Assembly: GCA_021829645.1 (NCBI GenBank)
Contig: JAKBPI010000001.1
Location: forward strand, 7,206 to 71,205
Source of the DNA: Actinomycetes bacterium
GTDB lineage: Bacteria > Actinomycetota > Acidimicrobiia > Acidimicrobiales > Bog-793
Length of the DNA: 64,000 nucleotides
Reading direction: 5' to 3'
Shown piece by piece: positions 26,729 to 36,325 of this stretch (position 1 is the stretch's first letter; each line of letters opens with the position of its first letter). The position numbers and the translations under genes are program-made. The notes beneath the pieces were generated by a model. The model was given only the letters and a program-made list of their open reading frames with translations, did not search any database and was not told the origin of the DNA.

Positions 26729-28702
26729 TCAGCTTACATACAAAGTCACGGAGGTCCCGGGTCTCACCTCAGTACCGGGAGCCGGACTTGTTGTGGACGC
26801 CGTCGTAGCAAAAGGTGGTCCTATCTGCTCTGTAACCTGCAGTCCTGCGTTGTCTATAGCCGTTATGGCTTCTTTTATCGTCATACCTGCCACGCTTGGC
26901 ACGGCCACCAAGAGAGGACCTTTGGAAACGCTGACAGTAACTTTTGATCCCACCACAACACCTTTTGTCCCAGCAGTCGGAGAGGTTGCAATCACTTCTC
27001 CGGTGGCAACGGTGTAAGAATAGTTGAGGACCTCCACCGGTACCAGACCCAGTTTTGTAAGACGTTGCGATGCTCCGGTCCACCCGTCACCGTAAAGGGA
27101 AGGTATTGTTCTGGGATGTGGGCCTTTGGAACTGATCACTTTCACTTGGGAGTCGAATTTAATGAGACCTTTATCGGGAATAGTTTTTACAACTTCTCCG
27201 GTCGGTACTTTATTTTGATACTCTGCGCTCACCAGGGGTTTTAGACCAACGTGTTCAAGAAGTGATACTACCTGCGATACCTTTTTTCCACTTAAATTTG
27301 TTGGCAAGCTCACGGGGGCATGTCCCAGTGAAAGTACTACTTTAACTAAATCGTTCTTTGCCAACTTAGTCCCTGCTTTTGGCGACTGTTGTATCACTGC
27401 GCCTGAAACATAAATACTTGAATACGCCTTACCGGTCACATCGGCTTTCAGCTTACTTTTCGTGATCAGGGCGACAGCCGTACTGTAACTTTTGCCAATC
27501 ACAGGCGGCACTGTTTGTTTGGGATGCAGTTTAAAGTAGGCATAGTAGCCGCCGCCAGCTATAAGAAGAACTATGACCATCAGAAGTACCGACACCTTGA
27601 CTTTTGATTTTTTTCCGGAATCGGTGTTTTTTTCATTGACAGATTCTGTCAAATTGCTTTCTGCCACGTTGGCAATCGTTTGATATCTGTCAAATCCCCC
27701 ATGGGTAGGTTGTACTGTTCTTTCTTTGATAAAACCGTTGGCGATGAGCTCTTTGGCCGGGTCTTCTTCCTCTTGAAGTAAAACCCGCTTTTGATCCGGT
27801 TCGGCTTGTTCTAATACAGGCTTTTGTGGTTTGATAGGCAATGCTTCCGGCTTTTGTAGGTAGGACTTCAGCAGTTCTAAGTCTTTGACTAAACCGTTGG
27901 AATCCAACCTGGCTAAAGGTTCACTAATAGCGGCCTGAGCCAAAATGGGCATCAACGGACCGAGTTCGGTGGTCTTTGGCAAAACGGCTCCGACTCTGGC
28001 GGTAAGGGTTGCCAAAGTGGTGTCTTTCAAAAAAGGCACCTTTCCTGTCACCGCTTCGTATAGCACAATAGCCAGGGAATAGACATCGGAACGCTCATCA
28101 GTGGCCAGTCCTTCCGCTTGCTCCGGTGAGGCATAACGGGCGGTGGCCAGTTGCCCTCCCACCGGCTCGGTTGCAGAAGCCACGGCAAGCGCCTTAGCCA
28201 AACCGAAATCGGCTATTTTGGCAACTCCGTCTTCTGTGAACAATATATTGGCAGGTTTAATGTCTCTATGGACAAAGCCGCGCCTATGGGCGTACTCTAG
28301 GCCTTTGGCTACTTCTAAACCCAGCGCACAGGCCTGTGGAACGCTGCAACGAAATTCCCTATCCAACAGGGAGGCCAAAGAGCCTCCTACCAAATACTCA
28401 AGTACCAGATAAGAGTTGTCCCCCTCGGTTACACAGTCATAAACCTGAACTATGTTCGGATGGTTCAGGGCTGCTACGGCATGGGCTTCTCTTAACAACA
28501 GTTTGGCAAAATGCTTATCCCCTCCCAGTCCCGGGTGAAGTAACTTGATGGCTACCGTTCTCCGAAGTGTTACGTCCGTAGCAGCATATACGTGAGCAGA
28601 AGAACCGCTTCCTATCGGTTTCATCAGGCGGTATCTACCGCTCAACACTTTACCTACATGCTCATCGATTAAAGCCATAGTTACAAAAAAATCCTTTGCC
28701 AA
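26729..28702 (-). CDS. pknB: Ser/Thr protein kinase with one TM helix and four extracellular PASTA repeats
   Basis: Hanks kinase motifs (GSGSSAHVY, AIK, HRDIKPANIL, DFGLA, SPEQ), then a TM helix, then 4 repeats of ~65 aa of PASTA type. The track start is TTG; ATG at 28678 (MALIDEHVGKVLSGRYRL) is the more likely start. Confidence 0.9.
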   Translation of the reverse strand: MAKDFFVTMALIDEHVGKVLSGRYRLMKPIGSGSSAHVYAATDVTLRRTVAIKLLHPGLGGDKHFAKLLLREAHAVAALNHPNIVQVYDCVTEGDNSYLVLEYLVGGSLASLLDREFRCSVPQACALGLEVAKGLEYAHRRGFVHRDIKPANILFTEDGVAKIADFGLAKALAVASATEPVGGQLATARYASPEQAEGLATDERSDVYSLAIVLYEAVTGKVPFLKDTTLATLTARVGAVLPKTTELGPLMPILAQAAISEPLARLDSNGLVKDLELLKSYLQKPEALPIKPQKPVLEQAEPDQKRVLLQEEEDPAKELIANGFIKERTVQPTHGGFDRYQTIANVAESNLTESVNEKNTDSGKKSKVKVSVLLMVIVLLIAGGGYYAYFKLHPKQTVPPVIGKSYSTAVALITKSKLKADVTGKAYSSIYVSGAVIQQSPKAGTKLAKNDLVKVVLSLGHAPVSLPTNLSGKKVSQVVSLLEHVGLKPLVSAEYQNKVPTGEVVKTIPDKGLIKFDSQVKVISSKGPHPRTIPSLYGDGWTGASQRLTKLGLVPVEVLNYSYTVATGEVIATSPTAGTKGVVVGSKVTVSVSKGPLLVAVPSVAGMTIKEAITAIDNAGLQVTEQIGPPFATTASTTSPAPGTEVRPGTSVTLYVS

Positions 28703-29006
28703 AAAGCATCACTCGTGCCAACTGAAATACTACTTGATTACCGACGAGAATGCAGTATTTCAGGTCTGTTCGGGCTCACAGATTACCAAAAGCCTGAAAA
28801 AGGTAAATCGGCACACGAAAATACCTGTTCTCTTTTTATCCAAAGTAATTCTTCGAAAAATTGCTTTCACTTTTTGCAACTGCATAGCACGACTGATAAA
28901 AAAGCAAACGAAGTGAGGATCATAGAAATATTTTATCAATACTTTAAAAATTTCTGTGAATTATTTTTACAATTGATCCTGTAAGTTTAGCGTTTTTATC
29001 TGCAAG

Positions 29007-31481
29007 TTGTCAAAAAAACAACTAATGTTCATTACTATGTCAAAGCGGTCCTACAAGAAGAAAAAGCCTGCGGCGCCTCAAGCCGGCAACCGTCAAAGCC
29101 CCAAAGCCAGCACCGGACCCGTTACCGGTACACCTAAGCAAAAACCAAGAATCAGTAATATAGGCAAAACCAAGTCTGAAGACTCACAACCCAGTAGAGC
29201 TGTTACCCTCATCAACCGGTTTGGACCGCTCGTGCTGGTTGCCATAGCGGTTGGCTTTGGACTGAAAGAGCTTTGGCCCGAAACCTCGACCGTAGCCTAT
29301 ATAGACGATGCATCCGTGCACGCCCAGATGGCCCGCTGGGCTGCTTCACAGATGACGCACGGACACCTCCCTCTGGACGGTTGGTGGCCTTACCTACAGC
29401 TTGGATCTCCGCAATTTTTGCACTACCAGAGCCTCTCCTCAATAGTCACCGGAGCGGTGGGACTGGTATTCGGTCAAGCACAATCTTTTGCCTGGTTGCT
29501 TTATCTTTTGCTGGCCACTTGGCCGATTAGTATTTATATTTCCGCCAGGCTGTTTCGCTTCCCTCGATGGGTGGCAGGGGCTGCAGCTTTGGTTTCACCT
29601 CTTCTCATGAGCAACATGAACATCGGCTATGAAGAGCAGACCTACATCTGGATAGGATACGGCCTCACAACTCAGCTCTGGGGCATGTGGTTTTTACCAC
29701 TCGCTTGGGGGTTTACCCACAGAGCAATGGAGTCTTGGAAAAAGTTGCTCCCCGCAGCTATTTTCATCACCCTCACCACGGCTTTTCACTTTATGACCGG
29801 CTATTTGGCCCTGCTGCCGATCGTGTTATTCCCCTGGCTTGTGCCAGCTGATTTAAAAGAAAGACTGAAGAGGGCCTTTGCGCTTCTCATCGGTACCGGT
29901 CTATGTCTGGGATTTGTTGTCATACCGGTACTACAATATAAACACTGGGCAGCAGTCAACGAATTGCTGGCACCTACGCCTATCTCGCAATCATATGGGG
30001 CACGCCCCGTCATCAGGTGGTTCTTTGACGGTCAGCTGCTTGACTACGGTCACTTTCCGATAATTACCATTTTGGCCATCATAGGTATTGTCTTTTCGTT
30101 GATAAAAATCTACAGCGACATAAGATTTCGACCTATCGTCGTGATGTTTTTTGTTTCCGCTTTCCTGATGTTCGGAAAACCTTTTTGGGGCCCGCTGCTT
30201 CGCCTGATACCGGGAAGCGAAGATCTCTTTTTGCGTAGATTCTTGATGGGTGTGCAATTGACATCAATTTTCTTTGCCGGCATCGCCGCCTATACTACAG
30301 GTTACTACACACTTATACTGTTCAGAAAGGTTATCAAATGGGCAGATCTGAATGGTATCTATAGCTTGCAGTCGACCATAAGATCCGGTTTCTCAGCTCT
30401 GCTCGGTTGTGCACTGCTCGTCATTGCCCTTACGCCGGCTTGGCAAGCGGTAAGTGCGCATGATGCCCTCAACTCACAGGATATTTCTACCCAAGTACAG
30501 GCAGACTCTTTTTACAGCCAGTTCTTGATGCCCATGGTAAACAAAATGAAAAAACTGGGCGGCGGCCGCCTTTACGCCGGCACACAGGAACTGACAAGCG
30601 TCAATTACGCGACGTGTTACAACGCAAACGATATACCAGACCCAAAACTCTCACAGGAAAATCAGTCTACCGCTATTGCTTATGTGGGTACTCTGGATTT
30701 ACCGGTATATAAGTGGATAGAACAGTACAATATCCCGGAAGTCGGCTATACCATGCGTACGGCAGCATTGATGTCCAATCCCGAACAGAACTTTGACCAG
30801 TGCAACCCGGGAGACTACTCCATGTTCGGCGTCAGATACATCATCCTGTCACCGTCAACCCTTGCCATCAATGCACTGCCGGTACATGCCAAGCTGATCA
30901 TGCAAAACACCTACTACTCCCTTTACGAAATACCATCTAACAGCTACGTTCAGGTTGTCAACACCCAAGGTACAATCGACGAAAACAGAACCGATATAGG
31001 AGCACAATCCCTGTCGTTCATCGACAGCAACTTGCCCTATAAGAAAATATATCCGACCGTCTCCTACGCCGGAGCCCCGGCTGCCCAACCTACGCTCGCC
31101 CCCGGAGAGCACCCCCATGGCTCACCCGGCTATGTGATAAACGAACGTCCCGATTTGGTAGAAGGAGAACTTACCACTAAAGTCCATCTCAATAGGCGTG
31201 CAGTGGTGCTTTTATCTGCTTCATATGACCCGGGGTGGACGGTCACGGTCAACGGTAAACCCGCTCAAACGGAGATGGTAGCCCCGGCTCTTGTAGGCGT
31301 CACACTCAATAAAGGTACCTATACCGTACGCTTTTTATATCAGGCAGATCCTTACTACCCGGAATTTTTCGGCATGCTGGCGGTTGGAATCTTGGGCCTT
31401 GGTTTTGGTCCCGGTGTATACGAACGCTATCAAAACAAGAAAAAAGTAGGCAACACAAAAGAAACGGCTGATGCTGTCTAA
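29007..31481 (+). CDS. Large polytopic membrane protein with a C-terminal extracytoplasmic domain and a terminal TM helix (YfhO-like GT-C glycosyltransferase candidate)
   Basis: Basic N-terminus, more than 10 TM helices, first-loop YIDDASVH, a ~300-aa soluble region, and a final TM helix FFGMLAVGILGLGF. The likely start is ATG at 29037. Confidence 0.5.
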   Translation: MSKKQLMFITMSKRSYKKKKPAAPQAGNRQSPKASTGPVTGTPKQKPRISNIGKTKSEDSQPSRAVTLINRFGPLVLVAIAVGFGLKELWPETSTVAYIDDASVHAQMARWAASQMTHGHLPLDGWWPYLQLGSPQFLHYQSLSSIVTGAVGLVFGQAQSFAWLLYLLLATWPISIYISARLFRFPRWVAGAAALVSPLLMSNMNIGYEEQTYIWIGYGLTTQLWGMWFLPLAWGFTHRAMESWKKLLPAAIFITLTTAFHFMTGYLALLPIVLFPWLVPADLKERLKRAFALLIGTGLCLGFVVIPVLQYKHWAAVNELLAPTPISQSYGARPVIRWFFDGQLLDYGHFPIITILAIIGIVFSLIKIYSDIRFRPIVVMFFVSAFLMFGKPFWGPLLRLIPGSEDLFLRRFLMGVQLTSIFFAGIAAYTTGYYTLILFRKVIKWADLNGIYSLQSTIRSGFSALLGCALLVIALTPAWQAVSAHDALNSQDISTQVQADSFYSQFLMPMVNKMKKLGGGRLYAGTQELTSVNYATCYNANDIPDPKLSQENQSTAIAYVGTLDLPVYKWIEQYNIPEVGYTMRTAALMSNPEQNFDQCNPGDYSMFGVRYIILSPSTLAINALPVHAKLIMQNTYYSLYEIPSNSYVQVVNTQGTIDENRTDIGAQSLSFIDSNLPYKKIYPTVSYAGAPAAQPTLAPGEHPHGSPGYVINERPDLVEGELTTKVHLNRRAVVLLSASYDPGWTVTVNGKPAQTEMVAPALVGVTLNKGTYTVRFLYQADPYYPEFFGMLAVGILGLGFGPGVYERYQNKKKVGNTKETADAV

Positions 31482-31491
31482 AATCTCTTGC

Positions 31492-31800
31492 TTATAGTTT
31501 TTGATAGCTTTTATGCCGATCGGTGTCGCGCACGATTGGCTCCAAAGCTCTGAATAATAGGTCCCAGACTCCCAATTTTTTGCGCGGGAATTCGGATACT
31601 TTTTCTTTCACCACGGCTCCGGCCCAAGGGTTATACGGCGGGGGGTCATACAAACTGATATCATAACAAGCCGATTCCTCAGAACCAGTTTTGTCGTTCT
31701 GCATCACGGCCCAAGCGATATCGGTATGAGGTCTTGAGCGTTCTCTGGGGTCTTCTATATCGGCACCGTCCGGCCACTGTTCTATTTTTACAACGATCAC
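31492..31800 (-). CDS. Hypothetical protein (102 aa)
   Basis: Only ORF of this size in the gap, with codon composition like its neighbours. No motif recognised. Confidence 0.4.
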   Translation of the reverse strand: MIVVKIEQWPDGADIEDPRERSRPHTDIAWAVMQNDKTGSEESACYDISLYDPPPYNPWAGAVVKEKVSEFPRKKLGVWDLLFRALEPIVRDTDRHKSYQKL

Positions 31801-31870
31801 TTAAATTACCTCACTTACCTCTGACTATCCAAATTATCGTATTTAGAACACTTTTTGTCTTCTTATCGAT

Positions 31871-32695
31871 TTAATAGATACTTATTCCAAGTTCTGCGAT
31901 AGGCGCGTCCAGCACTGGACTACTCAACGGATAACTCTTGTTGACTTGCGACAGATGGCAGTTGCCCTCATCTGTCAAAGTCATAAAATTAAAGCCTATC
32001 CCCTGGTAACCTCGCAAAAAGTCCTCTGGAGACATGGGGTCAATTTGGTATGCAGTTGAAGAAGCCACGATGACTTTTGCTCCGCAAAAGTCAGAGAATA
32101 CGAAATGGTGATAGTGACCAGCTAAAATAAACCGGACATTACCAGCGGCAAGCGCCGAGGATAGTAAATCTTTATTTCGAAAACCTATTTTACTCATGCC
32201 AACAGTCGGTGAGTCAATAGGCGGGTGGTGCATAACCAGAGCAGAGTGTCTGGATGTTGAATTCCTCAGCACATTTTCCAGCCATTCCGCCTGGGATAAG
32301 GTCATTTCCCCATAGTCATGCCCTTCTGCCAAAGTATCCAGTCCAATAAATTGCCAATCACCCAATTCCAATTGCTGATCCATGCGACCCGTTATCCCAT
32401 TTTGGACTCCGGGGAATACAGCCGAAAAGTTCTTCCTGTTGTCATGATTACCCGGCACGGCGAGGAGTGCGCAGCCCAGCGCACTGACCAGATTTTCTAA
32501 TGTGAAATACAACTTTTCATAAGCCTCCGACTCACCCGAGTTGGCTAAATCCCCCGATACGACTACGAGATCTACCTTTTTGCCACTCTCCGATAAACCT
32601 TTCAGAGCCGCAGAAAAAGTTTTCCCCGTATCAATAACACCATGCAAAAGCCCTTCTGCCATGATGTGTGGGTCAGAAAAGTGGACGATATTCAT
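31871..32695 (-). CDS. Metallophosphoesterase, CpdA/GpdQ-like class III phosphodiesterase
   Basis: Ordered motifs: HFSDPH, SGDLANSG, PGNHD, MHHPP, GHYHH. Confidence 0.8.
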   Translation of the reverse strand: MNIVHFSDPHIMAEGLLHGVIDTGKTFSAALKGLSESGKKVDLVVVSGDLANSGESEAYEKLYFTLENLVSALGCALLAVPGNHDNRKNFSAVFPGVQNGITGRMDQQLELGDWQFIGLDTLAEGHDYGEMTLSQAEWLENVLRNSTSRHSALVMHHPPIDSPTVGMSKIGFRNKDLLSSALAAGNVRFILAGHYHHFVFSDFCGAKVIVASSTAYQIDPMSPEDFLRGYQGIGFNFMTLTDEGNCHLSQVNKSYPLSSPVLDAPIAELGISIY

Positions 32696-32754
32696 AGATA
32701 ACCTCTCTTACTGCCGGCTAGAGTAACTAACCGCTGATTTTAGCTTCGAAAAAA

Positions 32755-33678
32755 TTATTGCAAACCAAAAACGGCGTCAGCTCGTATAAGGTCTTTGGTA
32801 TAGGAATCTTTAGGATCGTCGATGACTTCGGCTAAAGGACCGTAATCTACGATTTTTCCATTATGCAATACCGCTATCTTGCTACATAAGTATCTGATTG
32901 TACTCAAGTCATGGGCGATAAAAATCAGACTTTTCTCAGCAAAAGTGTGAAGAAAAAGATCAGAAATCTCTTTTCGCCTGAAAGGATCCAATGCACTCAG
33001 CATCTCATCGGCAACGACAAGTTTTGGTTCGGATATGATGGCTCTGGCTATGGCCGCCCGCTGCAGTTGACCGCCGGAAAGCTGATGCGGATAGTAGTCT
33101 TGCAGCGATGGGTGCAAACCCACTTTCACAAAAACCTGTTCCACGGCTTCCCTGGATATATCGCCTTTCCCGCTTCCGCGGCGGGCAAGGGCGACAAGGG
33201 GTTCAGCCACAGAGGCAAACAGGGTCGCTTTCGGATCAAAAGAACTGCGTGGATCCTGCAAAATCAGTCGTGCTTCTTTTCTAATCCTGGCCAAAGCCTC
33301 GTCTTGCGGGGCACGGCTCATCTTGATTCCGGCATACAGGATCTCCCCCGAAGAAGGCCTTTCCATACCAAACAGCATTTTGACCAAAGTGCTTTTCCCG
33401 GCGGCTGACGCACCCACCAAAGCCAGCCTGTCTCCGGCGTCCAAAACAAGGTTTACTCCATCAAGGACCGTCTTCTTTGCATGTCGTTTACTGCCGGTCA
33501 GACCTATCTCAGATAGAGAGCCCCGCTTTTTACTATATCTGGCAGTGCCGAGGAAAGGGACGGGGTATTGCTTAGTAACGTTTCTCATTTCCAACATATG
33601 TTCGTCCAAAGCGCACCCTTCTTCCGTGGACATTGCTTGCAAGTGCTGCTTTTCTCCGTCACTTGCCAACTGCAACAC
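32755..33678 (-). CDS. ABC transporter ATP-binding protein (DppF/OppF-like)
   Basis: Walker A GASAAGKST, signature LSGGQLQR, Walker B VVADE. The N-terminal extension in the track is doubtful; MLEMRNVTKQY at 33597 is a possible start. Confidence 0.88.
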   Translation of the reverse strand: MLQLASDGEKQHLQAMSTEEGCALDEHMLEMRNVTKQYPVPFLGTARYSKKRGSLSEIGLTGSKRHAKKTVLDGVNLVLDAGDRLALVGASAAGKSTLVKMLFGMERPSSGEILYAGIKMSRAPQDEALARIRKEARLILQDPRSSFDPKATLFASVAEPLVALARRGSGKGDISREAVEQVFVKVGLHPSLQDYYPHQLSGGQLQRAAIARAIISEPKLVVADEMLSALDPFRRKEISDLFLHTFAEKSLIFIAHDLSTIRYLCSKIAVLHNGKIVDYGPLAEVIDDPKDSYTKDLIRADAVFGLQ

Positions 33679-34446
33679 TTAAAAATACTCGGTAAGCAAA
33701 GACTTCGTCACATCCGCCTGCGGAGCGGATAGCACGGCAGCAAAATCCCCGGATTCCACAATTCTCCCATGATGCAACACAGCTATTTTTTCACACAAAA
33801 AGCTGGCCGCTTTGATCTCATGGGTCACCATCAGCAAAGCCGTCCCCGTCTTTTTCGTCATCGCGGCTAAAAGTTCCACAATCTGGAGTTTGGTAATAGG
33901 GTCTAAGGAGGCTGTGGGTTCGTCCGCTATCAGCAACTCCGGTTCACAAATAAGAGCCTGTGCTATGAGAACACGCTGTCGCTCCCCTCCGGAAAGTTGA
34001 TGCGGAAACGCAAACGCCTTTCTTTCCGGATTATCTATACCTACCTCTGCCAGAGCCGCCAAGACCTTTTCTTTGGCCTGCTTTGCCTTAGCCAGTTTAT
34101 GAATCAATAGAGGTTCGGCGATTTGTTTATAGATGGGCATCAGTGGATTCAACGAAGTGAGTGGCTCCTGAAAAATAATGGACGCTTTTCTTCCCCTGAC
34201 GGAAGCCAGCTCTTTCTTTTTTATCTTAAATACGTCTTTCCCAAAAAGCTTTACTTCCCCTTCCAGCAAAGCGTTGTGCGGTGCAAAACCAAGCAGGGCT
34301 GCGGATAAAAGAGTTTTCCCAGCCCCTGACTCACCAACGAGTGCTACAGCGTCCCCACTGGTAAGTGATAAGTTCACTTCGTCCAATAAAACTTTGCCGG
34401 ATACGCTAAGAGACATCCCGTCGACTTCGCAAATCAGCGACATCAC
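33679..34446 (-). CDS. ABC transporter ATP-binding protein (DppD/OppD-like)
   Basis: Walker A GESGAGKT, signature LSGGERQR, Walker B LIADEPT. Confidence 0.9.
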   Translation of the reverse strand: MMSLICEVDGMSLSVSGKVLLDEVNLSLTSGDAVALVGESGAGKTLLSAALLGFAPHNALLEGEVKLFGKDVFKIKKKELASVRGRKASIIFQEPLTSLNPLMPIYKQIAEPLLIHKLAKAKQAKEKVLAALAEVGIDNPERKAFAFPHQLSGGERQRVLIAQALICEPELLIADEPTASLDPITKLQIVELLAAMTKKTGTALLMVTHEIKAASFLCEKIAVLHHGRIVESGDFAAVLSAPQADVTKSLLTEYF

Positions 34447-35342
34447 ATGTTCCTCACGTCTGCTTTTGCCAAGATGCCTTCGGCAAGCAGGTTAAACCCT
34501 AAGACCGTTAAGGCAATAGCTAATGTGGGCCAAAGTACCAACAAGGGATCGGTAAGAATAACGCTTTGTGCTTCGCTCAGCATATCGCCCCACGCAGGAG
34601 AGGGAGGGGGTGTTCCTAAACCCAAGTAAGACAGTCCCGACTCGGATAAAACAGCCACAGAAAATAAAAGCATCGCCTGGATCGAAAGCTGCGGAAATAC
34701 GTTCGGCAATACATGTTTCTTGAGAATCATCACCTTACCCAAACCGTAAGTCTTAGCTGTCAAAACATAGTCCGACTTATATACTTTGATAACGCTCACC
34801 CTAGTGAAGCGCATCACATAAGGCACGAAGGCGATACCTATAGCCAAAACTGCCGTGATCGTAGAACTCCCATACCGCACAGATACAAGAGTGGCTATCA
34901 ATAAAGCGGGAAACGCTAGCAAAAGGTCGCCAAAGCGCATAACCACCTCCGTAATAGCTGATTTGCCAATCGCTGAATAAACACCCAGCAGCGTGCCCAA
35001 GAAAACACCGATCAAAGTGGCCAACATACCCGAATAAACAGTTATCCACGCCCCCGCCATAAGTCTGGACAATTCGTCTCGCCCCTCCTGATCAGTCCCC
35101 AGAGGATGAGACGCCGTAGACCCCTGTAGGATGTGGGGCGAAATGTAATTTATGGGATTATAGGGTGTCCAGAAAACAGAAACGATGCCCGCCGCCGCCA
35201 CTAAAAGCACCATTGACAACCCGAGCCATAAAGTCACGTTAGAGCTTCTCTTTGGTCGAGCAGCGGATCTAAATATATATCCTTTAGCCGAGCCAGGCAT
35301 AGAAATTTTGTCGTCAGGCTGCCCAAAATCATGCATAATCAA
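34443..35342 (-). CDS. ABC transporter permease (DppC/OppC-like)
   Basis: 6-TM BPD_transp_1-type permease with the N-terminal extension typical of the DppC family; 4-nt overlap with the ATPase gene. Confidence 0.88.
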   Translation of the reverse strand: MIMHDFGQPDDKISMPGSAKGYIFRSAARPKRSSNVTLWLGLSMVLLVAAAGIVSVFWTPYNPINYISPHILQGSTASHPLGTDQEGRDELSRLMAGAWITVYSGMLATLIGVFLGTLLGVYSAIGKSAITEVVMRFGDLLLAFPALLIATLVSVRYGSSTITAVLAIGIAFVPYVMRFTRVSVIKVYKSDYVLTAKTYGLGKVMILKKHVLPNVFPQLSIQAMLLFSVAVLSESGLSYLGLGTPPPSPAWGDMLSEAQSVILTDPLLVLWPTLAIALTVLGFNLLAEGILAKADVRNM

Positions 35343-36282
35343 AGACTCTCGGGTCTATGGCGTGGTAAGCGAGGTCAACAAGAAAATTCATGGCCAAAAC
35401 GATACCCACTAACATAAGACAGATATCACGTAATAACGATAAATCCCGATTGTTGATGGCCGTAATCAGTAAAGTTCCCATGCCCGGCAAAGAAAAAACG
35501 GATTCTACAATTACAGCGCCTACAATCAAGGCTATTACCTGCATACCAAATACGGTGAGCACCTCTACGGCTATATTGCGTCTGCCGTGACGCCACAACG
35601 CCCCGGGAGGAGTCAACCCTTTGGCCAAAGCACTTCTATAGTAATTAGAATTCAAAACGTCTATGAGAGCCGTTCTGATGTATCTTGACAAAAAGCAGCC
35701 CTCCGCTATAGCCAAAGAAAGTGAAGGTAAGATAAGAGATTTTAGAGAACCACCTACGCTAGAAGACCAGCCGGGAAAACCCGTAGCGGGTAAAAGGTTT
35801 AACTTGAGCGCGATAAGGACTATCAAAAACATAGCAGCCACAAAACTCGGTACAGAAATACCTATTTGTGACACGGCTAATAATGCCGTGCCCAGCTTGG
35901 TTCGATGCGAAAGTCCTCCGGCAACTGCCAAAATAGAAGCTATGACAAATGCAAACAGCATTGCCATCGCCACAAGAGGAAACGTTACGGCTGCCGAGGA
36001 AGCTATTTCACTACCCAAGCTTTGCCCGGATACGTATGAATTTCCCCAATGCAGAGTGAAAAGACCTGTAATCCAATGCCAATATTGCCAATATGGCGGA
36101 TGGTCAAAACCAAGTTTTGCATTCAAAGCAGCCAAGGAAGCTTTACTGGCTTGAGTACCCAGGATCACCTCTGCCGGTGATCCCGGTAGCATATCAACCA
36201 GAACAAATATAATGACTGATGAGAGTATGAACGATATAAGTAAGTAGGCAAAGTGCCTATACAAATAGCGGATCATCACCAT
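35329..36282 (-). CDS. ABC transporter permease (DppB/OppB-like)
   Basis: MIRYL..., DPR C-terminus and a 6-TM layout typical of DppB; 14-nt overlap with the next permease gene. Confidence 0.88.
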   Translation of the reverse strand: MVMIRYLYRHFAYLLISFILSSVIIFVLVDMLPGSPAEVILGTQASKASLAALNAKLGFDHPPYWQYWHWITGLFTLHWGNSYVSGQSLGSEIASSAAVTFPLVAMAMLFAFVIASILAVAGGLSHRTKLGTALLAVSQIGISVPSFVAAMFLIVLIALKLNLLPATGFPGWSSSVGGSLKSLILPSLSLAIAEGCFLSRYIRTALIDVLNSNYYRSALAKGLTPPGALWRHGRRNIAVEVLTVFGMQVIALIVGAVIVESVFSLPGMGTLLITAINNRDLSLLRDICLMLVGIVLAMNFLVDLAYHAIDPRVFDYA

Positions 36283-36325
36283 TTAGATTAGTACCGATGC
36301 ATGGCTTTTTAAGATAAAGCGGCTA

